Positions 1-10,254 are shown, counted from the stretch's first letter. The stretch: 64,000 nucleotides of DNA from Clostridiaceae bacterium (GCA_012838795.1 DUOO01000033.1:64058-128057), one strand, 5' to 3'. Numbers and translations are program-made. Notes: a model not told the origin generated them from the letters alone.

Positions 1-145
1 ACTTCATCTTTTAATCAAATATAATATCAGATATAATGATTATATATAATTGTTAAACTTTTATAAAAGAACTGAAAAAATGATCTGTTAAATCAATAGT
101 TAAAGTATTAATTTAATAGATCACTAAAATGAAAAGGAGATTATT

Positions 146-886
146 ATGACGATTTTCATCGCGGAACTTCTTGGAACAATGATGTTAGTCCTTTTGGGTG
201 ACGCTGTTGTAGCCAATGTCAGTTTAAACAAGTCAGGAATGAAAGGCGCCGGTTCTATCCAAATTACGTTCGCATGGGGGCTTGCTGTTCTTTTACCGGC
301 ATTTATATTCGGCAATGCTTCAGGAGCACATTTTAATCCTGCTCTCACATTAGGTTTAGCAGTAGACGGCACAATTGGTTGGGACACTGTTCCGACCTAC
401 ATTGGAGGACAATTTGCAGGAGCCTTCATCGGTGCAATTTTAGTCTACATTCTGTTTAAGAAACATTTTGATGAAACTCCGGATGTTGGAACTCAAAGAG
501 GTGTATTCTGCACGGGACCGACAATCAGGAATCCTGCATTTAACTTGATCAGTGAAATTGTCGGTACATTTGTTTTAGTATTTGCAATCAAAGGTGTTCC
601 GGCTAATATTGTTCCGGGAGTTGGTAACTTGTTTGTATTTGGAGTTATCGTATCAATCGGTATGTCTTTAGGCGGATTAACCGGTTATGCAATCAATCCT
701 GCACGTGACCTCGGTCCGAGAATTGCTTACGCAGTTCTGCCTTTCAAAGAAAAAGATCCTGACTGGGGATATGCCTGGATCCCGGTAATAGGTCCGATTA
801 TCGGTTCTCTCATTGCAGTATTACTGTATCAAGCATTGGGCGGCATTGAGGGGTTCTTTGCTTCACCATTAGATTTATTCGCATAA
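146..886 (+). CDS. glpF: Glycerol uptake facilitator / aquaglyceroporin (MIP family)
   Basis: 246-aa hydrophobic ORF with two NPA boxes (HFNPALT, INPARD). AGGAG RBS lies upstream of the ATG. Confidence 0.9.
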   Translation: MTIFIAELLGTMMLVLLGDAVVANVSLNKSGMKGAGSIQITFAWGLAVLLPAFIFGNASGAHFNPALTLGLAVDGTIGWDTVPTYIGGQFAGAFIGAILVYILFKKHFDETPDVGTQRGVFCTGPTIRNPAFNLISEIVGTFVLVFAIKGVPANIVPGVGNLFVFGVIVSIGMSLGGLTGYAINPARDLGPRIAYAVLPFKEKDPDWGYAWIPVIGPIIGSLIAVLLYQALGGIEGFFASPLDLFA

Positions 887-918
887 AATTAAAGCAGAAT
901 AATATTAACTATATAAAA

Positions 919-943
919 ATGCTCTCTTGCGAGAGCATTTTTA
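919..943 (+). terminator. Intrinsic terminator after glpF
   Basis: ATGCTCTC-TTGC-GAGAGCAT perfect 8-bp hairpin followed by a T-run. Confidence 0.8.
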
Positions 944-952
944 TATTTAAGC

Positions 953-981
953 TTGACATCTCTTTTTTGGATTAGTATAAT
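953..981 (+). promoter_or_regulatory. Consensus sigma-A type promoter for the tRNA pair
   Basis: TTGACA (953-958), 17-nt spacer, TATAAT (976-981), about 24 nt upstream of the first tRNA. Confidence 0.75.
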
Positions 982-1004
982 CACTTACGTTGCATAAATT
1001 GTAT

Positions 1005-1081
1005 GGGCCATTAGCTCAGTTGGTTAGAGCCACCGGCTCATAACCGGTTTGTCCGGGGTTCAAGTCCCTGATGGCCCACCA
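1005..1081 (+). tRNA. tRNA with CAT anticodon, probably lysidine-type tRNA-Ile2 rather than elongator Met; not an initiator
   Basis: Cloverleaf folds by eye: acceptor GGGCCAT/ATGGCCC, D-arm GCTC..GAGC, anticodon stem ACCGG/CCGGT with loop CTCATAA, T-arm CGGGG-TTCAAGT-CCCTG, encoded CCA. C4-C5 in the acceptor stem and the overall body resemble E. coli ileX as I remember it. It lacks the initiator GGG/CCC anticodon stem. Confidence 0.85.
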
Positions 1082-1116
1082 AATTATGCAAATTTGAAAT
1101 AACATATTATGTTTTC

Positions 1117-1202
1117 GGGAGAATACCCAAGTGGCCAAAGGGGGCAGACTGTAAATCTGTTGTCGTTCGACTTCGTTGGTTCAAATCCAGCTTCTCCCAC
1201 CA
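1117..1202 (+). tRNA. tRNA-Tyr (GTA), class II with long variable arm
   Basis: Acceptor GGGAGAA/TTCTCCC, anticodon loop CTGTAAA, long variable arm, T-loop TTCAAAT, encoded CCA. Confidence 0.9.
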
Positions 1203-1206
1203 AAAA

Positions 1207-1245
1207 AGAGGTAAACAAGCTTTTCATTGTTTCCCTCTTTTTTTT
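1207..1245. terminator. Intrinsic terminator after tRNA-Tyr, possibly bidirectional with the convergent gene
   Basis: AGAGGTAAACAA / TTGTTTCCCTCT stem (one mismatch) followed by T8. An A-run on the other side could serve the minus-strand gene. Confidence 0.75.
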
Positions 1246-1318
1246 GATATTTTAATGATTAACGGTTTTCAAGAAACGAACTTCAGTAAATTAGATTTTT
1301 CAAAGTTCAAAATATAAG

Positions 1319-2518
1319 CTAGTCTGCGTAACTGTCAAAGTAACCTTGAATATATACAATTGGTGTTCCTTTATCACCACTGCCGGAGATTAAATCGGAT
1401 AACGAACCTAATAAATCTGTTATTTGCCGTGGTGTAGTTCCTTCCGAACCCTTGGAATCGATTGCTTTGTCAGTAGAATCCTTTTGTTTAATTCGTTCAG
1501 TAATCAATTTTTTTTGTTCTTCGCCGGATAGATCTTTGTATTCATTATCCGCAATATATTTAAGCTTCAGTTCATTTGGCGTACCTTCCAAACCGGGTGT
1601 ATAAGCCGGTGAAACCACCGGATCGGCCAATTCCCAAATTTTTCCGACCGGATCTTTGAATGCACCGTCACCATATATCATGACCTCGACTGTTTTCCCG
1701 GTTAAGGCATGCATTTTTTTGGCAATTTTATCTGTAATGCTCTGACAATTTCTTGGGAATAATTTAATATCTGTTTCAGTTGCTTTATTTGATCCTAAAA
1801 GACCATATTGCTCATTGTAGCCATGTTCAGTTGTAGGGGTATTCAAAATATCGACTAAACCAATCACAAATTCTGCCCCGGAAGCTTTTAATTGAGCAAT
1901 ACTTTGTTCTCTGGTGTGAATATCACATGCGATTACATTTTTAGTATAATTAAGAATTTTTCGGCAATCATTGGCAAAAATAATTTGACATTCAGCTCCC
2001 GCATCTTCAACAATTTCACGATAGAATTTAACATAATCAATACCTGTAAATTGATGAACCGATTTACCGAATTCTTTTAAAAACAATGATTCGTCCAAAA
2101 CATCATTCCATGGATTGATAGTGGTACCGCTTAAGAGATTATCGTCAAACAATCTGTTGCCGACTTCGTCTGCAGGAAAACTTAATTGAATAATTACTTT
2201 TTTTACGGCGGCAGCTATTCCTTTTAATAAAAGTGAAAATCTGTTACGTGAAAGAATGGGCAGGGTTAGACCGATTTCTTCACGTCCTTCAAGTTTTATG
2301 AGCAGATCATTCTTAATATCTTCACATGATGCATAATTACCTTGAGTTCGTGCAACGATTGACTCGGTCATGGCAATAACGTCACGATCACGAATAGTAA
2401 ATCCTTCGCCGTTTGCTGCATCAATAATTAATTGGGGTACAATTTCAGTTAGATTATCACCATTTTTGAAGATCGGTGCTCTGATTCCTCGTGCAATAGT
2501 TCCGATAAAGCGTGTCAT
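1319..2518 (-). CDS. CofE-like (F420-0:gamma-glutamyl ligase family) protein, function in this host unknown
   Basis: 399-aa ORF. The N-terminus MTRFIGTIARGIRAPIFKNGDNL...RDRDVIAMTESIVARTQG matches my memory of the ~400-aa Firmicute proteins annotated as coenzyme F420:L-glutamate ligase-like. Confidence 0.55.
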   Translation of the reverse strand: MTRFIGTIARGIRAPIFKNGDNLTEIVPQLIIDAANGEGFTIRDRDVIAMTESIVARTQGNYASCEDIKNDLLIKLEGREEIGLTLPILSRNRFSLLLKGIAAAVKKVIIQLSFPADEVGNRLFDDNLLSGTTINPWNDVLDESLFLKEFGKSVHQFTGIDYVKFYREIVEDAGAECQIIFANDCRKILNYTKNVIACDIHTREQSIAQLKASGAEFVIGLVDILNTPTTEHGYNEQYGLLGSNKATETDIKLFPRNCQSITDKIAKKMHALTGKTVEVMIYGDGAFKDPVGKIWELADPVVSPAYTPGLEGTPNELKLKYIADNEYKDLSGEEQKKLITERIKQKDSTDKAIDSKGSEGTTPRQITDLLGSLSDLISGSGDKGTPIVYIQGYFDSYAD

Positions 2519-2829
2519 GTTTTGCTCCTTAAAAATTCAGTTTGAAACATAAATATTATAACCTTATATAATGTTAACAAACAAGTTATAAATTTCAATG
2601 CACTAACTTTAATAATTCTTATAGAGCTTTTATCAAAATGAATAATGATTGTTTTTTTATGTGTTCTGCAATTAACCATGATTTATACTGAATTATGTTA
2701 AACAACAGCTGAAGATACTTGCAGGAAGAAAGTACAAGTTGTAGAGTAAAGATAATAAATTGATTAATTTTCAAAATAAGCTTATATTTATATTTCATAG
2801 TTTGAGTAAGTTTTAAGGAGGAATGGCTG

Positions 2830-3690
2830 ATGAGATTTAATAAACAATTAGCTGAGTCACTAAAAGGTGGCGTGATCATGGATGTTATAAATGCGGAGCA
2901 AGCTCTGATTGCGGAGGATGCAGGAGCGGTGGCAGTTATGGCTTTAGAGAAAGTTCCTGCTGATATCAGAGCTGCAGGAGGAGTCTCACGTATGAGTGAT
3001 CCGGCTATGATTAAAGATATTATGGCAACTGTAAATATTCCGGTAATGGCGAAAGTAAGAATCGGCCATTTAGTTGAAGCTCAGATTTTACAAGCAATTG
3101 GTGTTGACATGGTTGATGAATCTGAAGTTTTATCACCTGCAGACAATGTATATCATATTGATAAAAATAAATTCGATGTACCTTTCGTTTGTGGTGCGAG
3201 AGATCTTGGAGAAGCTCTGCGCCGTATACAAGAAGGAGCAGTTTTAATCAGGACAAAAGGCGAACCCGGTACAGGTGATGTAGTTCAAGCAGTTACTCAT
3301 ATGAGACAAATTACGGGTGAAATCAGAGCTGTCCAAGCTTTGCATCCTGATGAATTATCCGTTGCGGCAAGAGATTTGCAAGTCTCTTATGAATTGCTGA
3401 AATATGTACATGAAAACGGCAAACTTCCGGTGTTAAACTTCTCGGCAGGTGGTGTCGCAACGCCGGCTGATGCTGCATTGATGGTTCAGTTAGGTGCTGA
3501 TGGCGTATTTGTCGGTTCAGGCATTTTTAAATCAGGTGATCCGGTCAAGCGTGCTAAAGCAATTGTTGAAGCTGTGAAGTATTATGATGATGCGGAGCGT
3601 CTGGCAGCAATCAGTGAAAATTTGGGTGAGGCCATGGTCGGTATTAATGAAGATGAGATTGAAATAATGTTAAGTGAGCGTGGCAGATAA
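2830..3690 (+). CDS. pdxS: Pyridoxal 5'-phosphate synthase, lyase subunit PdxS
   Basis: [42 protein letters not shown] is a near-invariant PdxS sequence. AAGGAGG RBS sits 9 nt upstream. Confidence 0.95.
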   Translation: MRFNKQLAESLKGGVIMDVINAEQALIAEDAGAVAVMALEKVPADIRAAGGVSRMSDPAMIKDIMATVNIPVMAKVRIGHLVEAQILQAIGVDMVDESEVLSPADNVYHIDKNKFDVPFVCGARDLGEALRRIQEGAVLIRTKGEPGTGDVVQAVTHMRQITGEIRAVQALHPDELSVAARDLQVSYELLKYVHENGKLPVLNFSAGGVATPADAALMVQLGADGVFVGSGIFKSGDPVKRAKAIVEAVKYYDDAERLAAISENLGEAMVGINEDEIEIMLSERGR

Positions 3691-3728
3691 TTTACTGATT
3701 TTGCCGGTTTTAACAGATAATTATTTTT

Positions 3729-3810
3729 AAGTGATGTTTTAAGATCATAGTGAAAGATTCATGTGAATCTTTCCGGATGAATGTTAATTAATACATCACT
3801 TTTTATTTTT
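3729..3810 (+). terminator. Compound hairpin / terminator after pdxS
   Basis: Inner palindrome GAAAGATTCA/TGAATCTTTC (3752-3773). Outer pairing AAGTGATGT (3729-3737) with ACATCACTT (3793-3801) is followed by TTTTATTTTT. Confidence 0.5.
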
Positions 3811-3885
3811 GTAATATATTACTAACTTACTCATGATTACAAATATGTTATTATTATATTGTTGATTTAAACAGGAGAAAATTCT

Positions 3886-4332
3886 ATGACTGAACAATCA
3901 CAAGTTGATATTTATACAGACGGTGCCTGTTCAGGCAATCCGGGTCCAGGCGGTTGGGCAGCAATTTTAAAGGTCGGACCTTTTGAAAAAGAAATTTCGG
4001 GTTTTGCACCGAATACTACCAACAATCGCATGGAATTGACTGCTGCAATTAAAGGTTTATCAGAATTAAACAGACCGTGCAAAGTCAATTTATATAGCGA
4101 TTCGGCATATTTAGTCAAAGCTTTTAATGAGAATTGGCTTGAAAATTGGCAGAGAAACGGTTGGCGTAATGCCGCGAAACAACCGGTGAGCAACAGTGAT
4201 TTGTGGCAACAACTTCTGAACATTGCGGCTCAACATGAAATTAATTGGGTTTGGGTCAAAGGACATAGTGATAATCCTTATAACAATCGTTGTGATGAAT
4301 TGGCGGTACAAGAAATTAAACAGAACAGCTGA
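3886..4332 (+). CDS. rnhA: Ribonuclease HI
   Basis: DIYTDGACSGNPGPGGWAAIL, NNRMELTA and VKGHSDNPYNNRCDELA motifs. AGGAG RBS. Confidence 0.9.
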   Translation: MTEQSQVDIYTDGACSGNPGPGGWAAILKVGPFEKEISGFAPNTTNNRMELTAAIKGLSELNRPCKVNLYSDSAYLVKAFNENWLENWQRNGWRNAAKQPVSNSDLWQQLLNIAAQHEINWVWVKGHSDNPYNNRCDELAVQEIKQNS

Positions 4333-4420
4333 ATGATTTCAGATAATTGCGAACTTAAACAAGCATATTAATAGTAATTCGAAAAACAGATAGTTGACAA
4401 CAAAATTAAGAGGAAAGGCA

Positions 4421-4999
4421 ATGTCAGAGAAATTACATTCGGATTTTATAGAAACTATTACAGCTACCAAGCAAATGTTTCAAGGCAAGGTTTTTGATGT
4501 GCGAGTTGTTGATGTGGAATTAATTGACGGCAGTACATCTTTCAGGGAAATAGTTGATCATCATGGTGTTGCTTGTATAGTTGCTTTAGATTCCGATCAG
4601 ACAATTTATTTTGTCGAGCAATATAGAATTTCCGTTGCAGAAACTATATTAGAGATACCTGCCGGGAAAATTGAATCAGGCGAAGAGTATTTGATTTGTG
4701 CGAAAAGGGAATTACAGGAAGAAATCGGTATTACTGCTGAAAAGTGGGAACTCTTGACAAAGTTTTATCCTACGCCCGGTTATTGCAGTGAAGAAATTCA
4801 TATTTTTTTAGCCAGAGATTTAATTCATGGTAAACCTAACTTGGATCCCGGTGAATTTTTGCGGGTAAAAAGATATAAATTAGATCAAGCATTGAAAATG
4901 GTAACCTCCAATCAAATTAAAGACAGCAAAACAATGTTGGGAATATTGTTGACGGCACAAAAAATACGTGAGGAAGCTCGAACTGAATCAGCAGAATAG
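4421..4999 (+). CDS. nudF: ADP-ribose pyrophosphatase (Nudix hydrolase)
   Basis: Nudix box GKIESGEEYLICAKRELQEEIGI. I prefer the ATG at 4421, which has an AAGAGGAAAGG RBS, over the TTG at 4394 used by the ORF track. Confidence 0.75.
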   Translation: MSEKLHSDFIETITATKQMFQGKVFDVRVVDVELIDGSTSFREIVDHHGVACIVALDSDQTIYFVEQYRISVAETILEIPAGKIESGEEYLICAKRELQEEIGITAEKWELLTKFYPTPGYCSEEIHIFLARDLIHGKPNLDPGEFLRVKRYKLDQALKMVTSNQIKDSKTMLGILLTAQKIREEARTESAE

Positions 5000-5011
5000 G
5001 AGACAAAACTC

Positions 5012-7780
5012 ATGTCAAATGATAATGTGAAAAAAGTTAATAAAAGTTATGAGATAATCTCGGTTTTTATTATTGCTTCAGCAATCCTTTTAGGATTCAT
5101 GTTTTGGGCGCCGGAGAGCATGACCGGAATTCTCGGGAAAATATTCAAACAAATCGGATATGGAATTTTTGGTACATTTGCTGTAATTTTTCCGGTTATT
5201 TTATTATTAATCGGGTTAGACCGAATTCTTTCTAAAACCAAACAAGTATCACAAGTGCGAAAAAACTGTACTGTGTTACTTTTTCTTTGTACAGTAATCT
5301 TAATTTCAGCAATAACTTTGGACCTGCCAAAAGTATTGCATGCAACTGCTGTTGGAAATAAATCTTCGGTCACGAAATCGATACCTTTATTTTGGAAATC
5401 CGGTTTGAAACCGTCTTTAGTTTCTCAATCCATGACATGGAGCGGTGGATTAATCGGGGGAATTTGCGGTATCTCACTATCGATTGTTGCCGGAAAAACC
5501 GGATCGATTATCATATTAATTGCAATTATTTTAGCATTGATTGTAGTGGTGTTTAATGTTTCATATACACATTATGTTCAAAAATCGGCAAGAGCGTTTC
5601 AGGCGACAAGACAAAAATTAGAGGAAAAAAGAAGATTACGTGCGGAAAGTATGGCTTTAGAAAACGAACAAGCAGATTTATACGATTATGAAACAGATGA
5701 AACGGATTATTATCAAGCAAAATCAGATTTTTCTGCAAAAGATAGATACGACTTTAATCCGGATTCGGAAGATGAACCGGAATTCGGTTTTGATTTGGCA
5801 AAAGCTACTGCAGGACAAGACAAACGGGAAGTTTCCGCCGAATGGATCAAAAGGGAATTGGCTGAGGGACGTGGCGAGATCTATGAAGAACCTCCTCAGA
5901 TCAGCTTTGATTTACCCGGTGGTTCTTGGTCAATTGATACACCTGATACAAATCATAATCATGAAAAATATAATCTTGATTATACGGTAACTTCTTATAA
6001 TGAATTTGGTAACAAGCCGGTTAAACCGGAAAAATTTGATTATATTTCTCCGAACGATCGTCAATTTACCGGTAGTCCGAATTATGTTTCAGATCAATCC
6101 GAGTCGCCACAGATTGAAGAGTTTGTATCGAAAGCCGGAAAAGAACGCAGGTCAATTAAATCTGCTCAACCGGCAATTGACATAACTGAAGCTGAATTGG
6201 GTCATATTGAAGAACAGGGCAGAGCTCATTGGGAAGATCGCAGTGAAGATTCGACTGATGTGAAAATTCCGAAAACAATTACGAAAAGACATAAACAAAT
6301 TGCTTTGACCGATAAATATATTGCTCCGCCTATAAATTTGTTAAATCCGGATCCGAAAAACGGACAAGATTCGACAAATGTAAGCGAAATCAGAAGACTG
6401 GGAGCCAGATTGGAGCAAACTTTAACCGATTTCGGCGTAGATGCCAAGGTGGTAAATTATACTACAGGACCCACAATAACACGTTTTGAATTGTCTCCCG
6501 GTCCGGGTGTCAAAGTTTCCCGAATTACTAATTTAGCTGATGATATAGCTTTAGCATTGGCTGCGATCGGTGTTAGAATTGAAGCGCCGATACCGGGTAA
6601 ATCGGCTATAGGTATAGAGATTCCGAACAAAGAAACTCAACCGGTTCTTCTCCGAGGAATTATTGAATCAACCGCTTTTAAAAACGCCGATTCTAAATTA
6701 ACTGCAGGTATCGGAAGAGATATTCAAGGCAATGAAATATTGTGTGATTTACAAAAAATGCCGCATCTTTTAATTGCCGGGGCAACCGGATCGGGGAAAT
6801 CAGTTTGTCTTAATGCGATTATTATTTCATTACTCTACCGTTCAGGTCCTGCTGATCTCAGAATGATTATGATTGATCCGAAAGTTGTTGAACTGAATAT
6901 TTATAATGGAATTCCACACCTTCTGCAACCGGTTGTAACTGATCCGAAAAAAGCCTATGGCGCATTGAATTGGGCAGTTACGGAAATGGAAGAGCGTTAT
7001 GAGAAATTTGCTGAAAATTCTGTTCGTGATTTTACTGCTTATAATACCTTAATCGAATCAGGTCAAATCGAAGGAGAAAAACTTGCATATATCTTAATTG
7101 TAATTGATGAATTAAGCGATTTGATGGCAACGACTCCGACAGAAGTTGAAGAAGCTATTGCCAGACTTACTGCAATGGCTAGAGCTGCCGGCATCCATCT
7201 GATAATTGCAACTCAAAGACCATCGGTTGATGTTATTACGGGGGTAATTAAAGCGAACATCCCTTCCAGAATAGCATTTACAGTTGCCTCTCAAGTGGAT
7301 TCCCGTACAATTTTAGATATGGGCGGTGCAGAAAAACTCTTAGGTAAAGGTGATATGCTTTACTATCCGCAAAGTGCTTCTAAACCGCAACGCGGACAGG
7401 GCGGATTTGTAACTGATGCGGAAGTTGAACGGGTAACCAGGTATTTGAAAGGAATTTATGAAACTGCTTACGATGAATCTGTGGCAGAAGCTATTGAACG
7501 GGTTGGCTCAAGCAGTTCAGGGCCAACAGCAGCCTTGAATCAAGATTCGGAGGAGGATGAATTACTTGAAGATGCAATTAAGCTGGTGATTGAAGCGGAA
7601 TATGCTTCAATCTCCTTGTTGCAGAGAAGATTAAGTATTGGCTATCCCAGGGCTGCCCGGATTATTGATCGTCTATATGAATTAAATGTCATCGGACCTT
7701 TTGAAGGCAGTAAACCACGGAAGGTTTTGATAACTCCTCAAGAGTATTTTGCTGCAAAAGCAGAAGATGATTTAAATTAA
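5012..7780 (+). CDS. ftsK: DNA translocase FtsK/SpoIIIE
   Basis: 922 aa with N-terminal TM segments, a long acidic linker, Walker A GATGSGKS, Walker B VIDELSDLM, and a C-terminal winged-helix gamma domain (LLQRRLSIGYPRAARIIDRL). Confidence 0.93.
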   Translation: MSNDNVKKVNKSYEIISVFIIASAILLGFMFWAPESMTGILGKIFKQIGYGIFGTFAVIFPVILLLIGLDRILSKTKQVSQVRKNCTVLLFLCTVILISAITLDLPKVLHATAVGNKSSVTKSIPLFWKSGLKPSLVSQSMTWSGGLIGGICGISLSIVAGKTGSIIILIAIILALIVVVFNVSYTHYVQKSARAFQATRQKLEEKRRLRAESMALENEQADLYDYETDETDYYQAKSDFSAKDRYDFNPDSEDEPEFGFDLAKATAGQDKREVSAEWIKRELAEGRGEIYEEPPQISFDLPGGSWSIDTPDTNHNHEKYNLDYTVTSYNEFGNKPVKPEKFDYISPNDRQFTGSPNYVSDQSESPQIEEFVSKAGKERRSIKSAQPAIDITEAELGHIEEQGRAHWEDRSEDSTDVKIPKTITKRHKQIALTDKYIAPPINLLNPDPKNGQDSTNVSEIRRLGARLEQTLTDFGVDAKVVNYTTGPTITRFELSPGPGVKVSRITNLADDIALALAAIGVRIEAPIPGKSAIGIEIPNKETQPVLLRGIIESTAFKNADSKLTAGIGRDIQGNEILCDLQKMPHLLIAGATGSGKSVCLNAIIISLLYRSGPADLRMIMIDPKVVELNIYNGIPHLLQPVVTDPKKAYGALNWAVTEMEERYEKFAENSVRDFTAYNTLIESGQIEGEKLAYILIVIDELSDLMATTPTEVEEAIARLTAMARAAGIHLIIATQRPSVDVITGVIKANIPSRIAFTVASQVDSRTILDMGGAEKLLGKGDMLYYPQSASKPQRGQGGFVTDAEVERVTRYLKGIYETAYDESVAEAIERVGSSSSGPTAALNQDSEEDELLEDAIKLVIEAEYASISLLQRRLSIGYPRAARIIDRLYELNVIGPFEGSKPRKVLITPQEYFAAKAEDDLN

Positions 7781-7811
7781 AGAATATCTATAAAATCTAA
7801 GTAAGGAAATA

Positions 7812-8678
7812 ATGATGGCACAAATAATTGACGGCAAATTAATTGCGAGGAATCTGCGGCAAAATATTCGTAAAGAAGTAGAACAATATATAGGGCAAGG
7901 TTTTCGTAAACCGGGACTATCTGTGATATTAGTCGGAGATGACCCTGCTTCGCAAATTTATGTCCGTAATAAAGAAAAAGCTTGTGAAAAAACAGGTTTT
8001 GAATCAACAATCTATAAACTTCCTGCAGATATTGCCAAAGACGATTTATTTGATTTAATTTACAAATTAAATCAAGATCCGACAGTTGACGGAATTCTCT
8101 GTCAATTACCGTTACCGCAACATTTACCGAAACAAGAAGTGATTGAAGCTATCGATCCGGGCAAAGATGTTGACGGCTTTCATCCGATTAATTCAGGACG
8201 TTTATTTTCAGGCATAGATTCTTTGTTGCCTTGCACGGCAGCAGGTATCATAAAAATGCTGAAAAGCATTGACTTTCAGTTCAGCGGTAAAAAGGCTTTG
8301 GTGATCGGCAGAAGTAACATTGTGGGAAAACCGACCGCTATTTTACTATTGAATGAAAATTGTACGGTTACCATTGCGCATTCAAAAACGAGAAATTTGG
8401 CTGTTTTGTGTCGGCAAGCTGATCTCTTGGTTTCTTCAGCCGGAAAAGAAAATTTTATCACTCCGGAATTTACCAACCCGGAGCAAGTGATTATCGATGT
8501 TTCAATTAATCGAAATGCCACGGGTAAAGTCGTGGGCGATGTGGATTTTGCCAAAGTTGAACCTGTTGTCAAAGCGATTACTCCGGTTCCCGGCGGCGTT
8601 GGCCCGATGACAATAGCTGTATTACTGGAAAATACATTAATTGCTTATCGTAATCATTTAAAGTTATATGAATTGTAA
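7812..8678 (+). CDS. folD: Bifunctional methylene-THF dehydrogenase / methenyl-THF cyclohydrolase
   Basis: IIDGK..PGLSVILVGDDPASQIYVRNK, GRSNIVGKP and TPVPGGVGPMT motifs. Confidence 0.93.
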   Translation: MMAQIIDGKLIARNLRQNIRKEVEQYIGQGFRKPGLSVILVGDDPASQIYVRNKEKACEKTGFESTIYKLPADIAKDDLFDLIYKLNQDPTVDGILCQLPLPQHLPKQEVIEAIDPGKDVDGFHPINSGRLFSGIDSLLPCTAAGIIKMLKSIDFQFSGKKALVIGRSNIVGKPTAILLLNENCTVTIAHSKTRNLAVLCRQADLLVSSAGKENFITPEFTNPEQVIIDVSINRNATGKVVGDVDFAKVEPVVKAITPVPGGVGPMTIAVLLENTLIAYRNHLKLYEL

Positions 8679-8739
8679 AACGTAAAAAGTTATCGACCAA
8701 TCTCAAAATAAGTTTTAATAATTCGGGAAGTGAGTAATT

Positions 8740-10065
8740 ATGGAAAAAACTAATAATGTAATAATTGAATCCAATGTTAATCATAACAAATCAGGAGATA
8801 TTCTAATCGAGTCAGCAGAAATTGTTGCTGTAGGAACCGAATTGTTAATAGGTCAAACCTTAAATACCAATACATATTATTTAGCCAATCAACTGACTTT
8901 GCTTGGCATTAATTCATACTATCAATCCGTTGTCGGTGATAATCCTGAACGTTTATTAGGAATGCTGCAAACTGCATTAACACGAGCCGATTTAGTGATT
9001 ACCAGTGGCGGATTAGGTCCTACCGCTGATGATGTCACAATGGAGTTAATTGCCAAAGCAGCCGGTAAAGAATTAGTCTTGGATCCGGTCAGTAAGCAGA
9101 GCATTATAGATTATTTCACCGGTATCGGCAGAACGGTCTCAGATAATAATTGGAAACAAGCCATGATGCCGCAGGGTGCAATAACCATGCCCAATAACAA
9201 CGGTACTGCACCCGGGGCGATTTTGGTTTTTGATTATGACGGGAAAAAGAAAGCAATTGCTTGTTTGCCGGGACCGCCCGGTGAATTGAAATTGATGTTT
9301 GAACAGTCATTGAAACCTTGGCTTGAGCAAAGAGTTAATTATGAATTTGAACATCGGTTTTTACATATGATAGGTATCGGAGAATCTAATGCTGAACTGG
9401 AGATCAGAGATTTAATTGAACGCCAAACAAATCCGACCATTGCCCCATATGCTTCACCGGGAGAAGTATGTTTTCGAATAACTCAAAGGAAATTGCGTGG
9501 TCGTGCTGAAGCAGATTTAATTTCTCCGGTTGTTGCAGAAATTAAAAATCGTCTTGGTCAATATATTTATGAAGACGGGACAAGAACTTTACCCGAGATC
9601 GTTTTCGCATTATTAAAAGAAAAGAATCAAACAATCAGTTTTGCCGAATCTTGTACTGCCGGAATGGTTTCGGCTGAATTCGGTTCAATAGCCGGTATAT
9701 CTGAAGTTTTTGCCGGGAGTGTAATTTCGTATAGCAACAATGTAAAAGAACAAATATTAGGAGTGCCTTCCGCAATTTTGCAACAATACGGTGCCGTGAG
9801 CAAAGAATGTGCAAAATCTATGGCAAGTGGTGTCAGAAAGTCATTAAATACTGATTTGGCCATATCGGTTACAGGAATTGCCGGACCGGATGGCGGTACT
9901 CAGGAAAAACCGGTCGGAACAGTATATATAGGAGCAGATTATAAGGGACAACTTACTTTTGAAAAACACATGATCAGAGGCAACCGAGAAAAAATTCGCG
10001 CTGTTGCTTCTTTACGTGCATTTCATTTAGCTTGGCGTTGTTTGAAAGAAAAATCGGATAACTGA
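8740..10065 (+). CDS. cinA: CinA: competence/damage-inducible protein with MoCF-like and PncC NMN-deamidase domains
   Basis: AEIVAVGTELLIGQ start of the CinA N-domain. C-terminal ESCTAGM...VTGIAGPDGG is the PncC signature. Located directly upstream of recA. Carries a ~25-aa N-terminal extension relative to typical CinA. Confidence 0.88.
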   Translation: MEKTNNVIIESNVNHNKSGDILIESAEIVAVGTELLIGQTLNTNTYYLANQLTLLGINSYYQSVVGDNPERLLGMLQTALTRADLVITSGGLGPTADDVTMELIAKAAGKELVLDPVSKQSIIDYFTGIGRTVSDNNWKQAMMPQGAITMPNNNGTAPGAILVFDYDGKKKAIACLPGPPGELKLMFEQSLKPWLEQRVNYEFEHRFLHMIGIGESNAELEIRDLIERQTNPTIAPYASPGEVCFRITQRKLRGRAEADLISPVVAEIKNRLGQYIYEDGTRTLPEIVFALLKEKNQTISFAESCTAGMVSAEFGSIAGISEVFAGSVISYSNNVKEQILGVPSAILQQYGAVSKECAKSMASGVRKSLNTDLAISVTGIAGPDGGTQEKPVGTVYIGADYKGQLTFEKHMIRGNREKIRAVASLRAFHLAWRCLKEKSDN

Positions 10066-10192
10066 TTTCTGTTTATTTCTGAGCTTAATTTGTTTTATTC
10101 GATGTGTGATTTTGATCTGAGTAAACAAAGTTAAATTTTACAAATTCTATCACTATTTACCAAAAATAAATTGCGTATTTGAGTGAATATGC

Positions 10193-10240
10193 TTGACCCG
10201 CAAAAAAGTTTTGATATAATGGAAAACAAACAATTGTTCT
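10193..10240 (+). promoter_or_regulatory. recA promoter with a candidate LexA (Cheo-type) box
   Basis: TTGACC (10193-10198), 16-nt spacer, extended -10 TGATATAAT (10212-10220). It is followed by cAAAC-AATT-GTTCt (10227-10240), one mismatch from GAAC-N4-GTTC. Confidence 0.5.
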
Positions 10241-10254
10241 ATTAGGAGGACTAT

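Noticed and set aside
124-387. 87-aa minus-strand ORF
   Set aside because: It is antisense to glpF, which is strongly supported by its NPA motifs.
2619-2879. 86-aa minus-strand ORF in the pdxS upstream region
   Set aside because: It is AT-rich junk-like sequence that overlaps the pdxS RBS and start. It has no RBS or motif.
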